Source: Candidatus Adlerbacteria bacterium
GTDB lineage: Bacteria > Patescibacteriota > Minisyncoccia > Phycocordibacterales > SBAW01
DNA: 35,069 nt
NCBI GenBank assembly: GCA_028286785.1
Contig: JAQBQX010000005.1
Coordinates: 1-35,069 of the forward strand
Direction: 5' to 3'
The position numbers and the translations under genes are program-made. Below, piece after piece: positions 23,844-32,096 of this stretch. Below the pieces are notes generated by a model. That model did not search any database, was not told where the DNA came from, and was given only the letters and a program-made list of their open reading frames with translations. How positions within the stretch are numbered: the first letter of the stretch is position 1; each line of letters starts with the position of its first letter.

Positions 23844-24584
23844 ATGAAAATCAGTTTTGTGGTCCCGGCTTATAACGAAGAAAAGGTGCTGGGGAAATGC
23901 CTCGAAGCGATTATGGCCGAGCTTGGCCGCCATCCGGAATTAACGCTCGGGCAAGACGCAGAAGTGGTTGTGGTTAACAACGCCTCGACCGACAAGACTG
24001 GCGAGGTTGCTCGGAGTTTTGCGGGCGTACAAGTGATAGACGAACCGCGCAAGGGTTTGGTGCAGGCGCGCAAGTCGGGCTTTGACTCAACGACGGGTGA
24101 GCTTGTTGCTAATGTCGACTCGGACACCATAGTGCCCGAAGGATGGCTCAATACTGTTTTACATAATTTCGAGCATGACCCAAAACTGGTCGCGCTTTCT
24201 GGCCCGTACATATATTACGACTTGAGCGCGTTTTCTCGCGGTCTTGTGCACCTGTTTTATTTTTTTGGATATATCCTGGGGTTGTTGCGACTGATTGCTA
24301 TGCTGCAGGGCGGCAACTTTGTGATCAAACGCGATGCGTGGGCACAGGTCGGCGGGTTTGATACAAATATTGCCTTTTATGGCGAGGACACCGACGTCGC
24401 CAAGCGCCTGCAGCGTGTTGGCCGGGTACGCTGGACCTGGAGCCTGCCCGCGCTCACATCCGGCCGCCGGATTGCACAAGAGGGTATTGTCGTCATGAGT
24501 TTGCGCTATACCATCAACAACTTGTGGATGTACTGGTGCAACAAACCTTTCTCCAAGCAGTACAAAGACATACGACCCAACTAA
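23844..24584 (+). CDS. GT2-family glycosyltransferase
   Basis: ISFVVPAYNEEKVL, NNASTDKT, and DSD (DxD) in VANVDSDTIV. ATG 23844 preferred over the track start at 23808. TACGCT (23831-23836) lies 7 nt upstream. Confidence 0.88.
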   Translation: MKISFVVPAYNEEKVLGKCLEAIMAELGRHPELTLGQDAEVVVVNNASTDKTGEVARSFAGVQVIDEPRKGLVQARKSGFDSTTGELVANVDSDTIVPEGWLNTVLHNFEHDPKLVALSGPYIYYDLSAFSRGLVHLFYFFGYILGLLRLIAMLQGGNFVIKRDAWAQVGGFDTNIAFYGEDTDVAKRLQRVGRVRWTWSLPALTSGRRIAQEGIVVMSLRYTINNLWMYWCNKPFSKQYKDIRPN

Positions 24585-24601
24585 TTAGATTTAATATCTA
24601 C

Positions 24602-24628
24602 TTGACGATAAAAATTTAGGTATATACT
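24602..24628 (+). promoter_or_regulatory. Promoter TTGACG-15-TATACT, 8 nt upstream of ATG 24637
   Basis: TTGACG 24602-24607, TATACT 24623-24628, gaaagcac, ATG 24637. The 15-nt spacer is shorter than optimal. Confidence 0.5.
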
Positions 24629-24636
24629 GAAAGCAC

Positions 24637-26337
24637 ATGGTCTCATCGCGTGCCGTTAGGTATGTGGGCCTGTGCTCACTTATTGCCTTACTGGCAATGA
24701 GCGGCCTTGCTGCGGCCCGAGCCGACGGCAACGTGCCTCAAGGAGTGGTCACCATACATCGTGCCACGGACCCGACAGGCATTGCTCCCACATTTGCATC
24801 GCCCGGAGAAACTCTAGTAGTAACTGTAGCGTTCAATAACCCAGTGTCATCCACCACGGCCCCCGAGATTAGTATCTCTGGGGCCGATGTGCTTTCATCG
24901 ACCACCATGTCGTATATAGACGACAACACTTATACATACACTTACACGCCATCTGCGCCTGTGTCGGGCACCTACAACATATATATTGACGGCGGAGTCG
25001 GTACGGACGTGGATGCGACCCCGCAGATACCCGCTATCGCAACGCTCCCGGTCGGCAGCAAGCCAACGGTCTCGCTTGCGACCTCAGTGTCTGGAGTTAT
25101 CAACGAACCCTTTATGGTAACAGCAGCGTTTTCTACGGCAGTCACCAATGTGTCCGCAAGCAGCTTTTCTGTTTCAAACGGTTCAGTAGACTCGGCAACC
25201 TTTGCGGCAAGTCCTGATAGCACTATGTACACCGTGATGGTCAATCCTATGGGCGACGGCAATGTCACGGTGACTATGCCGCAAGGCGCGGGCCGGGCAA
25301 ACGGCATACCGAGCGAAGCTTCAAGCAATGCCTTGGTGGTCACCTATGACTCGCAGCGCCCGCATATTTCGCTGAGTCTCGACGGTGTGGTAGACCTCAC
25401 TAACCATTCCTCGATTACGCTGCGCGGTAATTCGACACAGGCACTGACAGGCATTACAGCTGCAAATTTTACGCTCACTAATGCAACCACAAGCAATGTA
25501 GTCCTGGCTGCAAACGGCACTGATTTTACTGCGACAGTCACCCCGCTTGCCGATGGGGAAGTACGGATCCATATACCGACCGGCAGCGTGGTGACTCCAG
25601 CTGGCAACAGCAATATCCAGTCCAACGTATTGGTGTTTACCTATGATGCTACTGCGCCGGTGGGTACGTTTACTGCGTCATCAACGATGAGCACCGATGG
25701 AATATTTTTGCTTGCGCTGCATCTGAGCGAGCCGGTCACCGGCACTATCGCAACTTCATCTTTTACTATCACTAACGGTTCAGTCACCAATTTAACTGTT
25801 GCAAGCAGCACCCAAATATATCTGGTGGTCACTGCGGGTACTGCGGGGGCTGTGTCCGCAACTTTTCTTGCAAGCCTTGCCGACCAAGTGGGGAACGTGT
25901 CCACATCAACGACAGTTCTTAATCTCACATACACTCCGGCGGTTTCCTCTGGCAGCGGCTCTTCAGGTGGGGGTGGCGGAGGAGGCGGTGGTGCTGTGAT
26001 CCCCAGTGCTACGCCGACCACAGCTTCAGTCTCGGCTCCTGCTCTAGTGCAAACATCAAGCAACACAACTCCTGCCGGGTCTTTGGATAGCGGACAGGTC
26101 TTGGGTACCGAGACATATCGCTTTACAAAATACTTGATATTCGGCTCGCATGGTTTGGATGTAGAGGAACTCCAAAAGATATTTATTACCGCCAAACTCA
26201 TAGCTATCGACACCCCGACAGGTTACTTCGGCAGACTAACAGAAGCTGCTGTGAAGTTATATCAGCACCTCAACGGTATCGAATTAACCGGTACTGTCGG
26301 GCCAATTACCCGCGCCTCGCTCAACGCAGTGCAGTAA
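24637..26337 (+). CDS. Secreted surface protein: tandem Ig-like repeats, poly-Gly linker, C-terminal peptidoglycan-binding domain
   Basis: Signal peptide ending AAARA/DG. About four ~100-aa repeats (F(S/T)(V/L/I)(S/T)N(G/A)..). S/G-rich linker ending in a run of 10 consecutive Gly. PG_binding_1-like GSHGLDVEELQKIF...TGYFGRLTEAAVKLYQHLNGIELTGTVGPITRASL. Confidence 0.85.
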   Translation: MVSSRAVRYVGLCSLIALLAMSGLAAARADGNVPQGVVTIHRATDPTGIAPTFASPGETLVVTVAFNNPVSSTTAPEISISGADVLSSTTMSYIDDNTYTYTYTPSAPVSGTYNIYIDGGVGTDVDATPQIPAIATLPVGSKPTVSLATSVSGVINEPFMVTAAFSTAVTNVSASSFSVSNGSVDSATFAASPDSTMYTVMVNPMGDGNVTVTMPQGAGRANGIPSEASSNALVVTYDSQRPHISLSLDGVVDLTNHSSITLRGNSTQALTGITAANFTLTNATTSNVVLAANGTDFTATVTPLADGEVRIHIPTGSVVTPAGNSNIQSNVLVFTYDATAPVGTFTASSTMSTDGIFLLALHLSEPVTGTIATSSFTITNGSVTNLTVASSTQIYLVVTAGTAGAVSATFLASLADQVGNVSTSTTVLNLTYTPAVSSGSGSSGGGGGGGGGAVIPSATPTTASVSAPALVQTSSNTTPAGSLDSGQVLGTETYRFTKYLIFGSHGLDVEELQKIFITAKLIAIDTPTGYFGRLTEAAVKLYQHLNGIELTGTVGPITRASLNAVQ

Positions 26338-26396
26338 AACTCATCAACTCTTAAGTTTTCATATAATCCATAGCACACCTCTGCTTTACTCTTTGG

Positions 26397-27254
26397 ATGG
26401 GTATTGGCACGAAGGGTGGGTTACATAGGAGCGCATACTACGCAGTCGCTCTGGCAGCTTTTGCGTGGTCGGCGTTTGGCAGCGCAACGTATACATTTTC
26501 CGACGCGCTGGCGCGTGGGAGCATTGCCGCAACCTCATCTGCGCCAGTACCTGCGGCACTTCTGGTGCCTGCTGATAATCCGGAACACTCGCTCAATTGG
26601 GCAGGATACGTGGCACAAGGCGGCATATACACTGGAGTCTCGGCATCTTGGGTAGTGCCTGCTGTCAAAAATAGCGGCTCGCTTGCGGCTGATGCAACAT
26701 GGGTTGGCATCGGTGGTGTCGGAACGCACGACCTTATACAGGCGGGCACTCAGGCAATAGAAATGCCCAACGGCGACATACAATATCAGGCGTGGACCGA
26801 AACTCTGCCCGAATATTCAGTGCCTGCACCGTTGGTTATTAAACCGGGGGACGCGGTGGCAGTAAGTATCCGCGAAGAATCCCCCGACCAATGGAGAATC
26901 ACTATATCAAACCTGACCACTTCTAAAACATATTCAATAACCCGCACCTATGTCTCGTCGCGCAGTTCTGCCGAGTGGATAGAAGAGATGCCAAGCGGCG
27001 ACATATTTTTGCCTCTGTCCCAATTTGGGAGCGTAACCTTTGCCAATGCATTGGCAGTGCAAGACGGCGCAATGATGAGTGCCGCAGATGCTGGGGCTAT
27101 GCCACTGACCATGCTCAATCCTAAGGGCGAAGAGCTAGCGCTGCCCACGATCATGGCAGAAGGAGGCTCAAGCTTTACCGTTACGCGCGCCCCTGCGACG
27201 GCTTTATCTTTGACAACACATTTTGGACATCGGCGATCCCAACCGGTTTTGTAA
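26397..27254 (+). CDS. G1-family (eqolisin / peptidase A4) glutamic endopeptidase, membrane- or signal-anchored
   Basis: LNWAGY, ATWVGIGG, catalytic Gln in DLIQAGT, YQAWTE, SNLTTSKT, catalytic Glu in SAEWIEE, and FGSVTFANA. All align by eye with scytalidoglutamic peptidase motifs. Confidence 0.85.
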   Translation: MGIGTKGGLHRSAYYAVALAAFAWSAFGSATYTFSDALARGSIAATSSAPVPAALLVPADNPEHSLNWAGYVAQGGIYTGVSASWVVPAVKNSGSLAADATWVGIGGVGTHDLIQAGTQAIEMPNGDIQYQAWTETLPEYSVPAPLVIKPGDAVAVSIREESPDQWRITISNLTTSKTYSITRTYVSSRSSAEWIEEMPSGDIFLPLSQFGSVTFANALAVQDGAMMSAADAGAMPLTMLNPKGEELALPTIMAEGGSSFTVTRAPATALSLTTHFGHRRSQPVL

Positions 27255-29268
27255 GATGGTAGCTAAACCCTGCGGCTTGCGACTTTGTCTTGTCGTCTAG
27301 CTGTCCGTATCCGGTCAATGCGATGAGCACTGGTGCAGGAGAGATTGCACGTTGTATAAGCCTCGCAACCGCGTAGCCGTCCATGTCTGGGAGACCTATG
27401 TCGAGCAGTACAATGTCTGGTGTCTCGTGTGATATTGCGTTGAGCGCCCCGCGACCGTTCAGAGCGACAGATACGCGGTGGTTATAATGCTCAAGCAGTT
27501 TGGCCAAGCCGCGCGCTGCGGGTTCGTTGTCATCAACGACAAGTATAGTAAACGCTGATGTCGAGCTTTTTTGCTCTTCAGGCAAGGCTACCTTAGGGCG
27601 GGCAGCGGGTGCTTCTTTAACGATAAGCGGAATTTTCACCACAAACTCGCTGCCGAGACGCGGGCCTGCGCTGTGTGCCTCGATGGTCCCGCCGTGCATA
27701 TCAACAAGTTGCTTAGTGAGCGACAGTCCAATACCGAGCCCAGTGCTTTTTGTGGTGCGCTCAGTGTTTTCCAACTGAATAAAAGGCTCAAAGATATGCT
27801 CGAGCATGCGCGGCTGTATGCCTATGCCATTGTCGCGCACACGCAGCACAAGTATATTCTTTTCTTTCGCGGCGTTAAACACGATGTGTCCGCCTGGTTC
27901 GGTGTATTTTGCGGCATTGGTGAGCAAGTTCACTATGATCTGCTCGAAACGCACGGGGTCCGCATCAAAATAAATGCCAGTTTCCGGACAATGTACCACA
28001 AGCGAGTGGTTGCGCTGGCGCATAAGCACATCCACTGTCGCGACTGACGAGTTGATAAGTGCACTGAGGTCGACGGCCTTTTTTTCCAAACTGAACTTTT
28101 TTTGCGTGATGCGGGAGATATCCAAGAGGTCGTCCAAGATGCGTCCCATGGTGCGCACGCGGTCGTCCATAGTGTTGAGCAGCTCGCTTGTCTCAGGTGT
28201 GTGGTTGTTCTGGAGCTTCATAAGCTCGAGCGAGGACAATACTGGTGCGAGCGGGTTGCGCAGCTCGTGGGCAAGGATAGCTAAAAATTCTGTCTTGGCG
28301 CGATCTTCGGTGCGGATACGGTCAAGGGCATTCTCGAGTTGGTTAACATGACTCGCCATCTCCTTCATCGCTTCTTTGCGCTCTTCCACCAAAGACACCA
28401 AGATCAAAAAGATGCCCGCGATTATTTCAATGAATATCTCCACCAAAAAGAGCCGTTGTCCGAGCGGTTGTGTCGCATTTACCACGTGCCCTTGTATGGT
28501 TCCTAGTACGCCTATGACGGTGGTCATTAAAAGCGCCAACGTCATCATTTGCGGACCCAGTCGCAAAGCAATCCATATCAGCGGAAGCAAAATCAAATAC
28601 ACGAGCGGGAAGCTAATGTGGGACTGAAAGGTGGTCCAAAATAAAGTGGTATTGATGGCAATAAGCGCGCTAAATGACACGACTAACTCTACCCATTCGC
28701 TGGGTTTATATTCAATACGTGGATGGCTTATCCAGCGCACCAGAAAGGGCGTGATGATAAGCACGCTGAGTATCTCTCCGGCCCACCAAGATCCCCAGGT
28801 TGTAATAGTGGGGAGACCTCCGTTGAGCGCGAGCGCTGCCATACCTATGGTCGGCACCACTGTAGTGACGGCAATGGCGACAATCATCATCGCAAACATG
28901 TCGCGCAAACGGCTAAACAAAGGGTTGAGATTAAGTCTACGCAAAAAGTAGGCGCCAATAATCGGCTGCAGAGTGTTGCCCAGCGCGCTGCCGATTGCAA
29001 TGGTGGGGCTGTATCCGCTGATCAGTGCAGTTACAATTGCTGCAGCAAAAACGGCTGGCCACATACGGTACCCATACAAAATAAGCATCGCAAGAGCGAT
29101 GCCAGCAGGCGGCCAAATGAGCGCGGTACTGGGACCGCCGGAGGCTATAACAATAGATCCAAATCGCGCACTGATCACGTAGGCTATAAACAAGAGTATG
29201 AGAGGCACATACGTGCTGGGGCGCTTATATTGCGCAAGGGCGGCAGAGATATAAGTGCCCCACGTCAT
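27181..29268 (-). CDS. Hybrid sensor histidine kinase with MASE1-like membrane domain and C-terminal receiver
   Basis: About 8 TM helices at the N-terminus, then a coiled coil. H-box LAHELRNPLAP, N-box NLLTNAAKYT, and G-boxes DNGIGI and GLGIGLS. Receiver ILVVDDN...LLDIGLPDMDG...LTKP. Confidence 0.9.
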   Translation of the reverse strand: MTWGTYISAALAQYKRPSTYVPLILLFIAYVISARFGSIVIASGGPSTALIWPPAGIALAMLILYGYRMWPAVFAAAIVTALISGYSPTIAIGSALGNTLQPIIGAYFLRRLNLNPLFSRLRDMFAMMIVAIAVTTVVPTIGMAALALNGGLPTITTWGSWWAGEILSVLIITPFLVRWISHPRIEYKPSEWVELVVSFSALIAINTTLFWTTFQSHISFPLVYLILLPLIWIALRLGPQMMTLALLMTTVIGVLGTIQGHVVNATQPLGQRLFLVEIFIEIIAGIFLILVSLVEERKEAMKEMASHVNQLENALDRIRTEDRAKTEFLAILAHELRNPLAPVLSSLELMKLQNNHTPETSELLNTMDDRVRTMGRILDDLLDISRITQKKFSLEKKAVDLSALINSSVATVDVLMRQRNHSLVVHCPETGIYFDADPVRFEQIIVNLLTNAAKYTEPGGHIVFNAAKEKNILVLRVRDNGIGIQPRMLEHIFEPFIQLENTERTTKSTGLGIGLSLTKQLVDMHGGTIEAHSAGPRLGSEFVVKIPLIVKEAPAARPKVALPEEQKSSTSAFTILVVDDNEPAARGLAKLLEHYNHRVSVALNGRGALNAISHETPDIVLLDIGLPDMDGYAVARLIQRAISPAPVLIALTGYGQLDDKTKSQAAGFSYHLTKPVGIADVQNVLSKIKPSQGRA

Positions 29269-29274
29269 CGCGAT

Positions 29275-29302
29275 ATTCTACTTAACTTCATATAAGTGTC
29301 AA
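29275..29302 (-). promoter_or_regulatory. Near-consensus promoter TTGACA-16-TAGAAT, 6 nt upstream of ATG 29268
   Basis: On the - strand: TTGACA (29302..29297, overlapping the TGA of the DedA gene), 16-nt spacer, TAGAAT (29280..29275), atcgcg, ATG 29268. No SD. Confidence 0.7.
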
Positions 29303-29907
29303 CGCCTACGGTACCACTGCCACAAGGGCGGCAATATAGAAATCAGAACTATGAGACCGATGATAGGCAGGAGGTAGTGGTCGATGTTGGGAATGGTATT
29401 GCCCAGCCAGAATCCGGCAAGCGTTACGCCAGTGCCCCAGAGCGCGCCGCCTATGATGTTGTATATAAGGAACGTGGAGTAGTTCATGTTGCCCACGCCC
29501 GCCAACACTGGGGCAAACGTGCGCACAATAGGGATAAAGCGCGCGATGATGATAGTGTACGGACCGTATTTTTCAAAATAGCGATGGGTTTCCGTTACGT
29601 ACTTTTGCTTAAACAGCAGCGAATCTTGGCGCGTGAATAATTTCGGGCCGATGTAGTTGCCAAACCAATACCCGACAGAGTCGCCGATGATTGCCGCGGC
29701 AATTACCAGCGGGACCAATAGCCAGATATTCATTAAGCCTTGTGATGCCAGTATGCCGGCCGTAAAAAGCATGCTGTCGCCGGGGAGGAAAAAGCCAATA
29801 AGGAGTCCCGATTCGGCAAACACGATCGCGGTGACTCCCAGGAGTCCAAGCGTCACAACAAGTTCTGTTATGTGTGTGCTGCTAAAAAATGAGAGTAGGG
29901 CGGACAT
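29299..29907 (-). CDS. DedA/VTT-family membrane protein (second paralogue)
   Basis: IVFAESGLLIGFFLPGDSMLFTAGILA and ARFIPIVRTFAPVLAG. The track start (29922) is GTG; ATG 29907 is preferred, with TATACT 6 nt upstream. Confidence 0.88.
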   Translation of the reverse strand: MSALLSFFSSTHITELVVTLGLLGVTAIVFAESGLLIGFFLPGDSMLFTAGILASQGLMNIWLLVPLVIAAAIIGDSVGYWFGNYIGPKLFTRQDSLLFKQKYVTETHRYFEKYGPYTIIIARFIPIVRTFAPVLAGVGNMNYSTFLIYNIIGGALWGTGVTLAGFWLGNTIPNIDHYLLPIIGLIVLISILPPLWQWYRRR

Positions 29908-29913
29908 AGGTCC

Positions 29914-29919
29914 AGTATA
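29914..29919 (-). promoter_or_regulatory. -10 box TATACT 6 nt upstream of ATG 29907
   Basis: On the - strand: TATACT (29919..29914), ggacct, ATG 29907. Confidence 0.5.
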
Positions 29920-29945
29920 CACTTTTGCTGTCCACAGGCATTTCT

Positions 29946-29975
29946 TTGACAGGTGAACTTTGGTTCACTTATACT
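29946..29975 (+). promoter_or_regulatory. lexA promoter TTGACA-18-TATACT, 8 nt upstream of ATG 29984
   Basis: TTGACA 29946-29951, TATACT 29970-29975, tactttat, ATG 29984. The spacer contains the SOS box. Confidence 0.7.
29954..29967. promoter_or_regulatory. LexA (SOS / Cheo-type) operator TGAAC-TTTG-GTTCA
   Basis: Perfect palindromic arms GAAC (29955-29958) and GTTC (29963-29966) with a 4-nt spacer, located between the -35 and -10 of the lexA promoter. It is the only GAAC-N4-GTTC I found in the window. Confidence 0.7.
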
Positions 29976-29983
29976 TACTTTAT

Positions 29984-30589
29984 ATGTACGACGAAAATAA
30001 AAAGAAGGTCATCAAGTTTTATAAGCGCTACAACCGCACGCCTGGCTACCAGGAAATCATGGAGATGACGGGCTTTAGGTCTAAAAACGCGGTGTTCAAG
30101 CTTATCGAGCAATTGGCCGACGACGGGGTTGTCTACAAAGACGCGCACGGCAAAATCGCGCCTAAAAATATCCGCGAAGGCATCAAGATGCTCGGGCTCG
30201 TCGAAGCGGGTTTTCCGTCACCTGCTGAGGAAGAGCTGCTCGACGTTGTCGACTTTGACGAATACCTGACGCCCAACAAAGAGTCGTCGTACATACTCAA
30301 GGTCAAAGGCGAGTCGATGAAAGACGCAGGTTTTATGCCAGGCGACATGGTTATTGTCGAGCGCAAAAACATCTACAAACCTGGCGACATCGTCATTGCG
30401 TGCGTCGATGGAGAATACACCATGAAGTACCTGCGCAAGATGCCCACTGTGCCTCCTGGCAGGGCAGGTGGCGGCGCCAAGGGTCCGCAATATTTTCTCG
30501 AGCCAGCAAACAAAGACTTCCAAAACATATATCCAGGCGAAGGCTTTCGGGTAGAGGCGGTTGTGACTGCGGTGGTGCGCAAATACTGA
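29984..30589 (+). CDS. lexA: LexA-type repressor (wHTH + S24 autopeptidase)
   Basis: N-terminal wHTH (YQEIMEMTGFRSKNAVFKLIEQL). Cleavage-site context GLVEAGFP. Catalytic Ser in KVKGESM and Lys in YTMKYL. The track start (29960) is TTG, so ATG 29984 is preferred. Confidence 0.85.
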   Translation: MYDENKKKVIKFYKRYNRTPGYQEIMEMTGFRSKNAVFKLIEQLADDGVVYKDAHGKIAPKNIREGIKMLGLVEAGFPSPAEEELLDVVDFDEYLTPNKESSYILKVKGESMKDAGFMPGDMVIVERKNIYKPGDIVIACVDGEYTMKYLRKMPTVPPGRAGGGAKGPQYFLEPANKDFQNIYPGEGFRVEAVVTAVVRKY

Positions 30590-30622
30590 AGCGCTCATGT
30601 TCATGCAACACAAATCGTATTT

Positions 30623-30631
30623 TGGTAAGAT
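30623..30631 (+). promoter_or_regulatory. Extended -10 (TGgTAAGAT) 7 nt upstream of ATG 30639
   Basis: TGG 30623-30625, TAAGAT 30626-30631, gtaagga, ATG 30639. Confidence 0.45.
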
Positions 30632-30638
30632 GTAAGGA

Positions 30639-32096
30639 ATGGTTCGTACTCTCAAAAAATTACAACAGAAACTCGAATACTTGGACAAATACACATTTGC
30701 TATTGTTGATACCGAAACAAGCGGCACCAGTCCCAACAATAACCAGATCATCGAGATCGGCATTTTGCGTGTCGAGCAGGGGAAGGTCGTGCGCACCTAC
30801 AAAACGCTCATCAAACCTGCGCGCATGATCCCCAAGGTAATCACCTCGATCACCGGCATCCAGCCCGAGGACTTGGAAGACGCCCCCGCGTTCGAGGAAG
30901 TGGCGCTCGATATCCGCGAGATGCTCGAAGGCGCCGTGATGGTGGCGCACAATGCCCGGTTTGACTACAGCTTTATCAAAAACGAGTTCAAGCGCCTCGG
31001 TATACCGTACAACGCCAAGACACTTTGTACGGTCAAATTGTCGCGCGAATTGTTTCCCCAATATTCGCACCATAACCTCGACGCGGTTATTGAGGCTCAT
31101 GGCTTGCGCTGCATCAACCGCCATCGCGCCTATGACGATGCAGATGCGCTGTGGCAGTTTCTGCAGGTAGTGGAGAAGAAGATCGAGAAAGAAAAGATGG
31201 TTGCGACAATTGAGAAATTGCTCGGCAATCACACGCTGCCCACAGGTCTTTCTCGCGAGATGCTCCGCGGGCTCCCGAACACTCCGGGCGTATACATTTT
31301 TTATGGCGCTGACAACGAGGTGCTGTATGTCGGCAAAAGCGTGAACATCCGCACTCGTGTCCTGTCTCATTTTTCTGGCGACCATCAAACTGCAAAAGAA
31401 CTGCGGATGACCGGGGAGGTTGCCCACGTCGGATTCGAAGAAACCACCGGTGAGCTTTCGGCACTATTTTTAGAGTCCAAACTCATCAAAGAGCTGATAC
31501 CGGTATACAACAGGGCTTTGCGCAAAGCCAAACAGCTTGCAGTGATGACCCGCACAGAAACCGAGCGCGGTTATAGCAGTGTCAGTGTGTCATACGCAAG
31601 CTACGTGGACCCAACAGAAGGCGAGGTGTTGGGGATATTCCGCACCAAGCGGCAGGCAAAGGATTTCCTGGACAGTGTGGTGCGCGACCATGCGCTGTGC
31701 CCCAAACTATTGGGTGTCGAACAGGGGACTGGCGCGTGCTTCCAGCAACAGCTGGGTCACTGCCAGGGCGCATGTGTCGGCGCCGAGCGTGTACACGACT
31801 ACAATGCGCGCTTTAGTGGCGTGTTCGCAGCGCGCAAAATTAAAACCTGGCCGTACAAGGGTCCCGTGGTCGTTAAGGAAGATGCCGAGGCCGAAGAGGG
31901 CACTGCGTACGTTATAGACAACTGGCGTTTGGTTGCTAAAATCAATTATACGAACGAGTCGCACGACGAGGAAGCTGTGGGGGAAAGCGAGTTCGATTAC
32001 GACGCATATAAGATTTTGATCAAGCACTTTATGAAGCGCGAAGTGCAAAGGAGTATTGTGCCATACAAACCAATCAGTTATACTTTTTCCTTGTGA
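30639..32096 (+). CDS. DnaQ-like 3'-5' exonuclease fused to a GIY-YIG (UvrC N-terminal half / Cho-like) nuclease
   Basis: Exo motifs FAIVDTETSG, AHNARFDYSF, HRAYDDADA. GIY-YIG motif PGVYIFYG..VLYVGKSVNIRTRVLSHF...LESKLIKELIPVYN. UvrC-type Cys-rich segment ACFQQQLGHCQGACVG. No UVR or C-terminal endonuclease domains. Confidence 0.88.
   Translation: MVRTLKKLQQKLEYLDKYTFAIVDTETSGTSPNNNQIIEIGILRVEQGKVVRTYKTLIKPARMIPKVITSITGIQPEDLEDAPAFEEVALDIREMLEGAVMVAHNARFDYSFIKNEFKRLGIPYNAKTLCTVKLSRELFPQYSHHNLDAVIEAHGLRCINRHRAYDDADALWQFLQVVEKKIEKEKMVATIEKLLGNHTLPTGLSREMLRGLPNTPGVYIFYGADNEVLYVGKSVNIRTRVLSHFSGDHQTAKELRMTGEVAHVGFEETTGELSALFLESKLIKELIPVYNRALRKAKQLAVMTRTETERGYSSVSVSYASYVDPTEGEVLGIFRTKRQAKDFLDSVVRDHALCPKLLGVEQGTGACFQQQLGHCQGACVGAERVHDYNARFSGVFAARKIKTWPYKGPVVVKEDAEAEEGTAYVIDNWRLVAKINYTNESHDEEAVGESEFDYDAYKILIKHFMKREVQRSIVPYKPISYTFSL
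32079..32084 (+). promoter_or_regulatory. TATACT 8 nt upstream of the GTG start of the SET gene (inside the preceding CDS)
   Basis: TATACT 32079-32084, ttttcctt, GTG 32093. Confidence 0.35.

Noticed and set aside
25966-25995. Gly-codon tract (run of 10 Gly) as a slippage-prone or phase-variable repeat
   Set aside because: At the DNA level the codons are mixed (ggt ggg ggt ggc gga gga ggc ggt ggt). There is no homopolymer or perfect short tandem repeat long enough for slipped-strand mispairing.
29960-29983. Upstream non-ATG starts reported by the ORF track (TTG 29960 for lexA; likewise TTG 7936 hisS, GTG 5598 dsbA-like, GTG 29922 dedA, ATG 23808 GT2, ATG 14295 Gmad2)
   Set aside because: In each case a downstream ATG lies 5-9 nt after a -10-like hexamer. 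It gives a sensible N-terminus and removes overlap with promoter elements or neighbouring genes. For lexA, the extension would place the start codon inside its own operator.
30660-31427. 255-aa - strand ORF antisense to the exonuclease/GIY-YIG gene
   Set aside because: It is a shadow ORF: the + strand frame carries the Exo I-III and GIY-YIG motifs. It has no promoter or start signal of its own.
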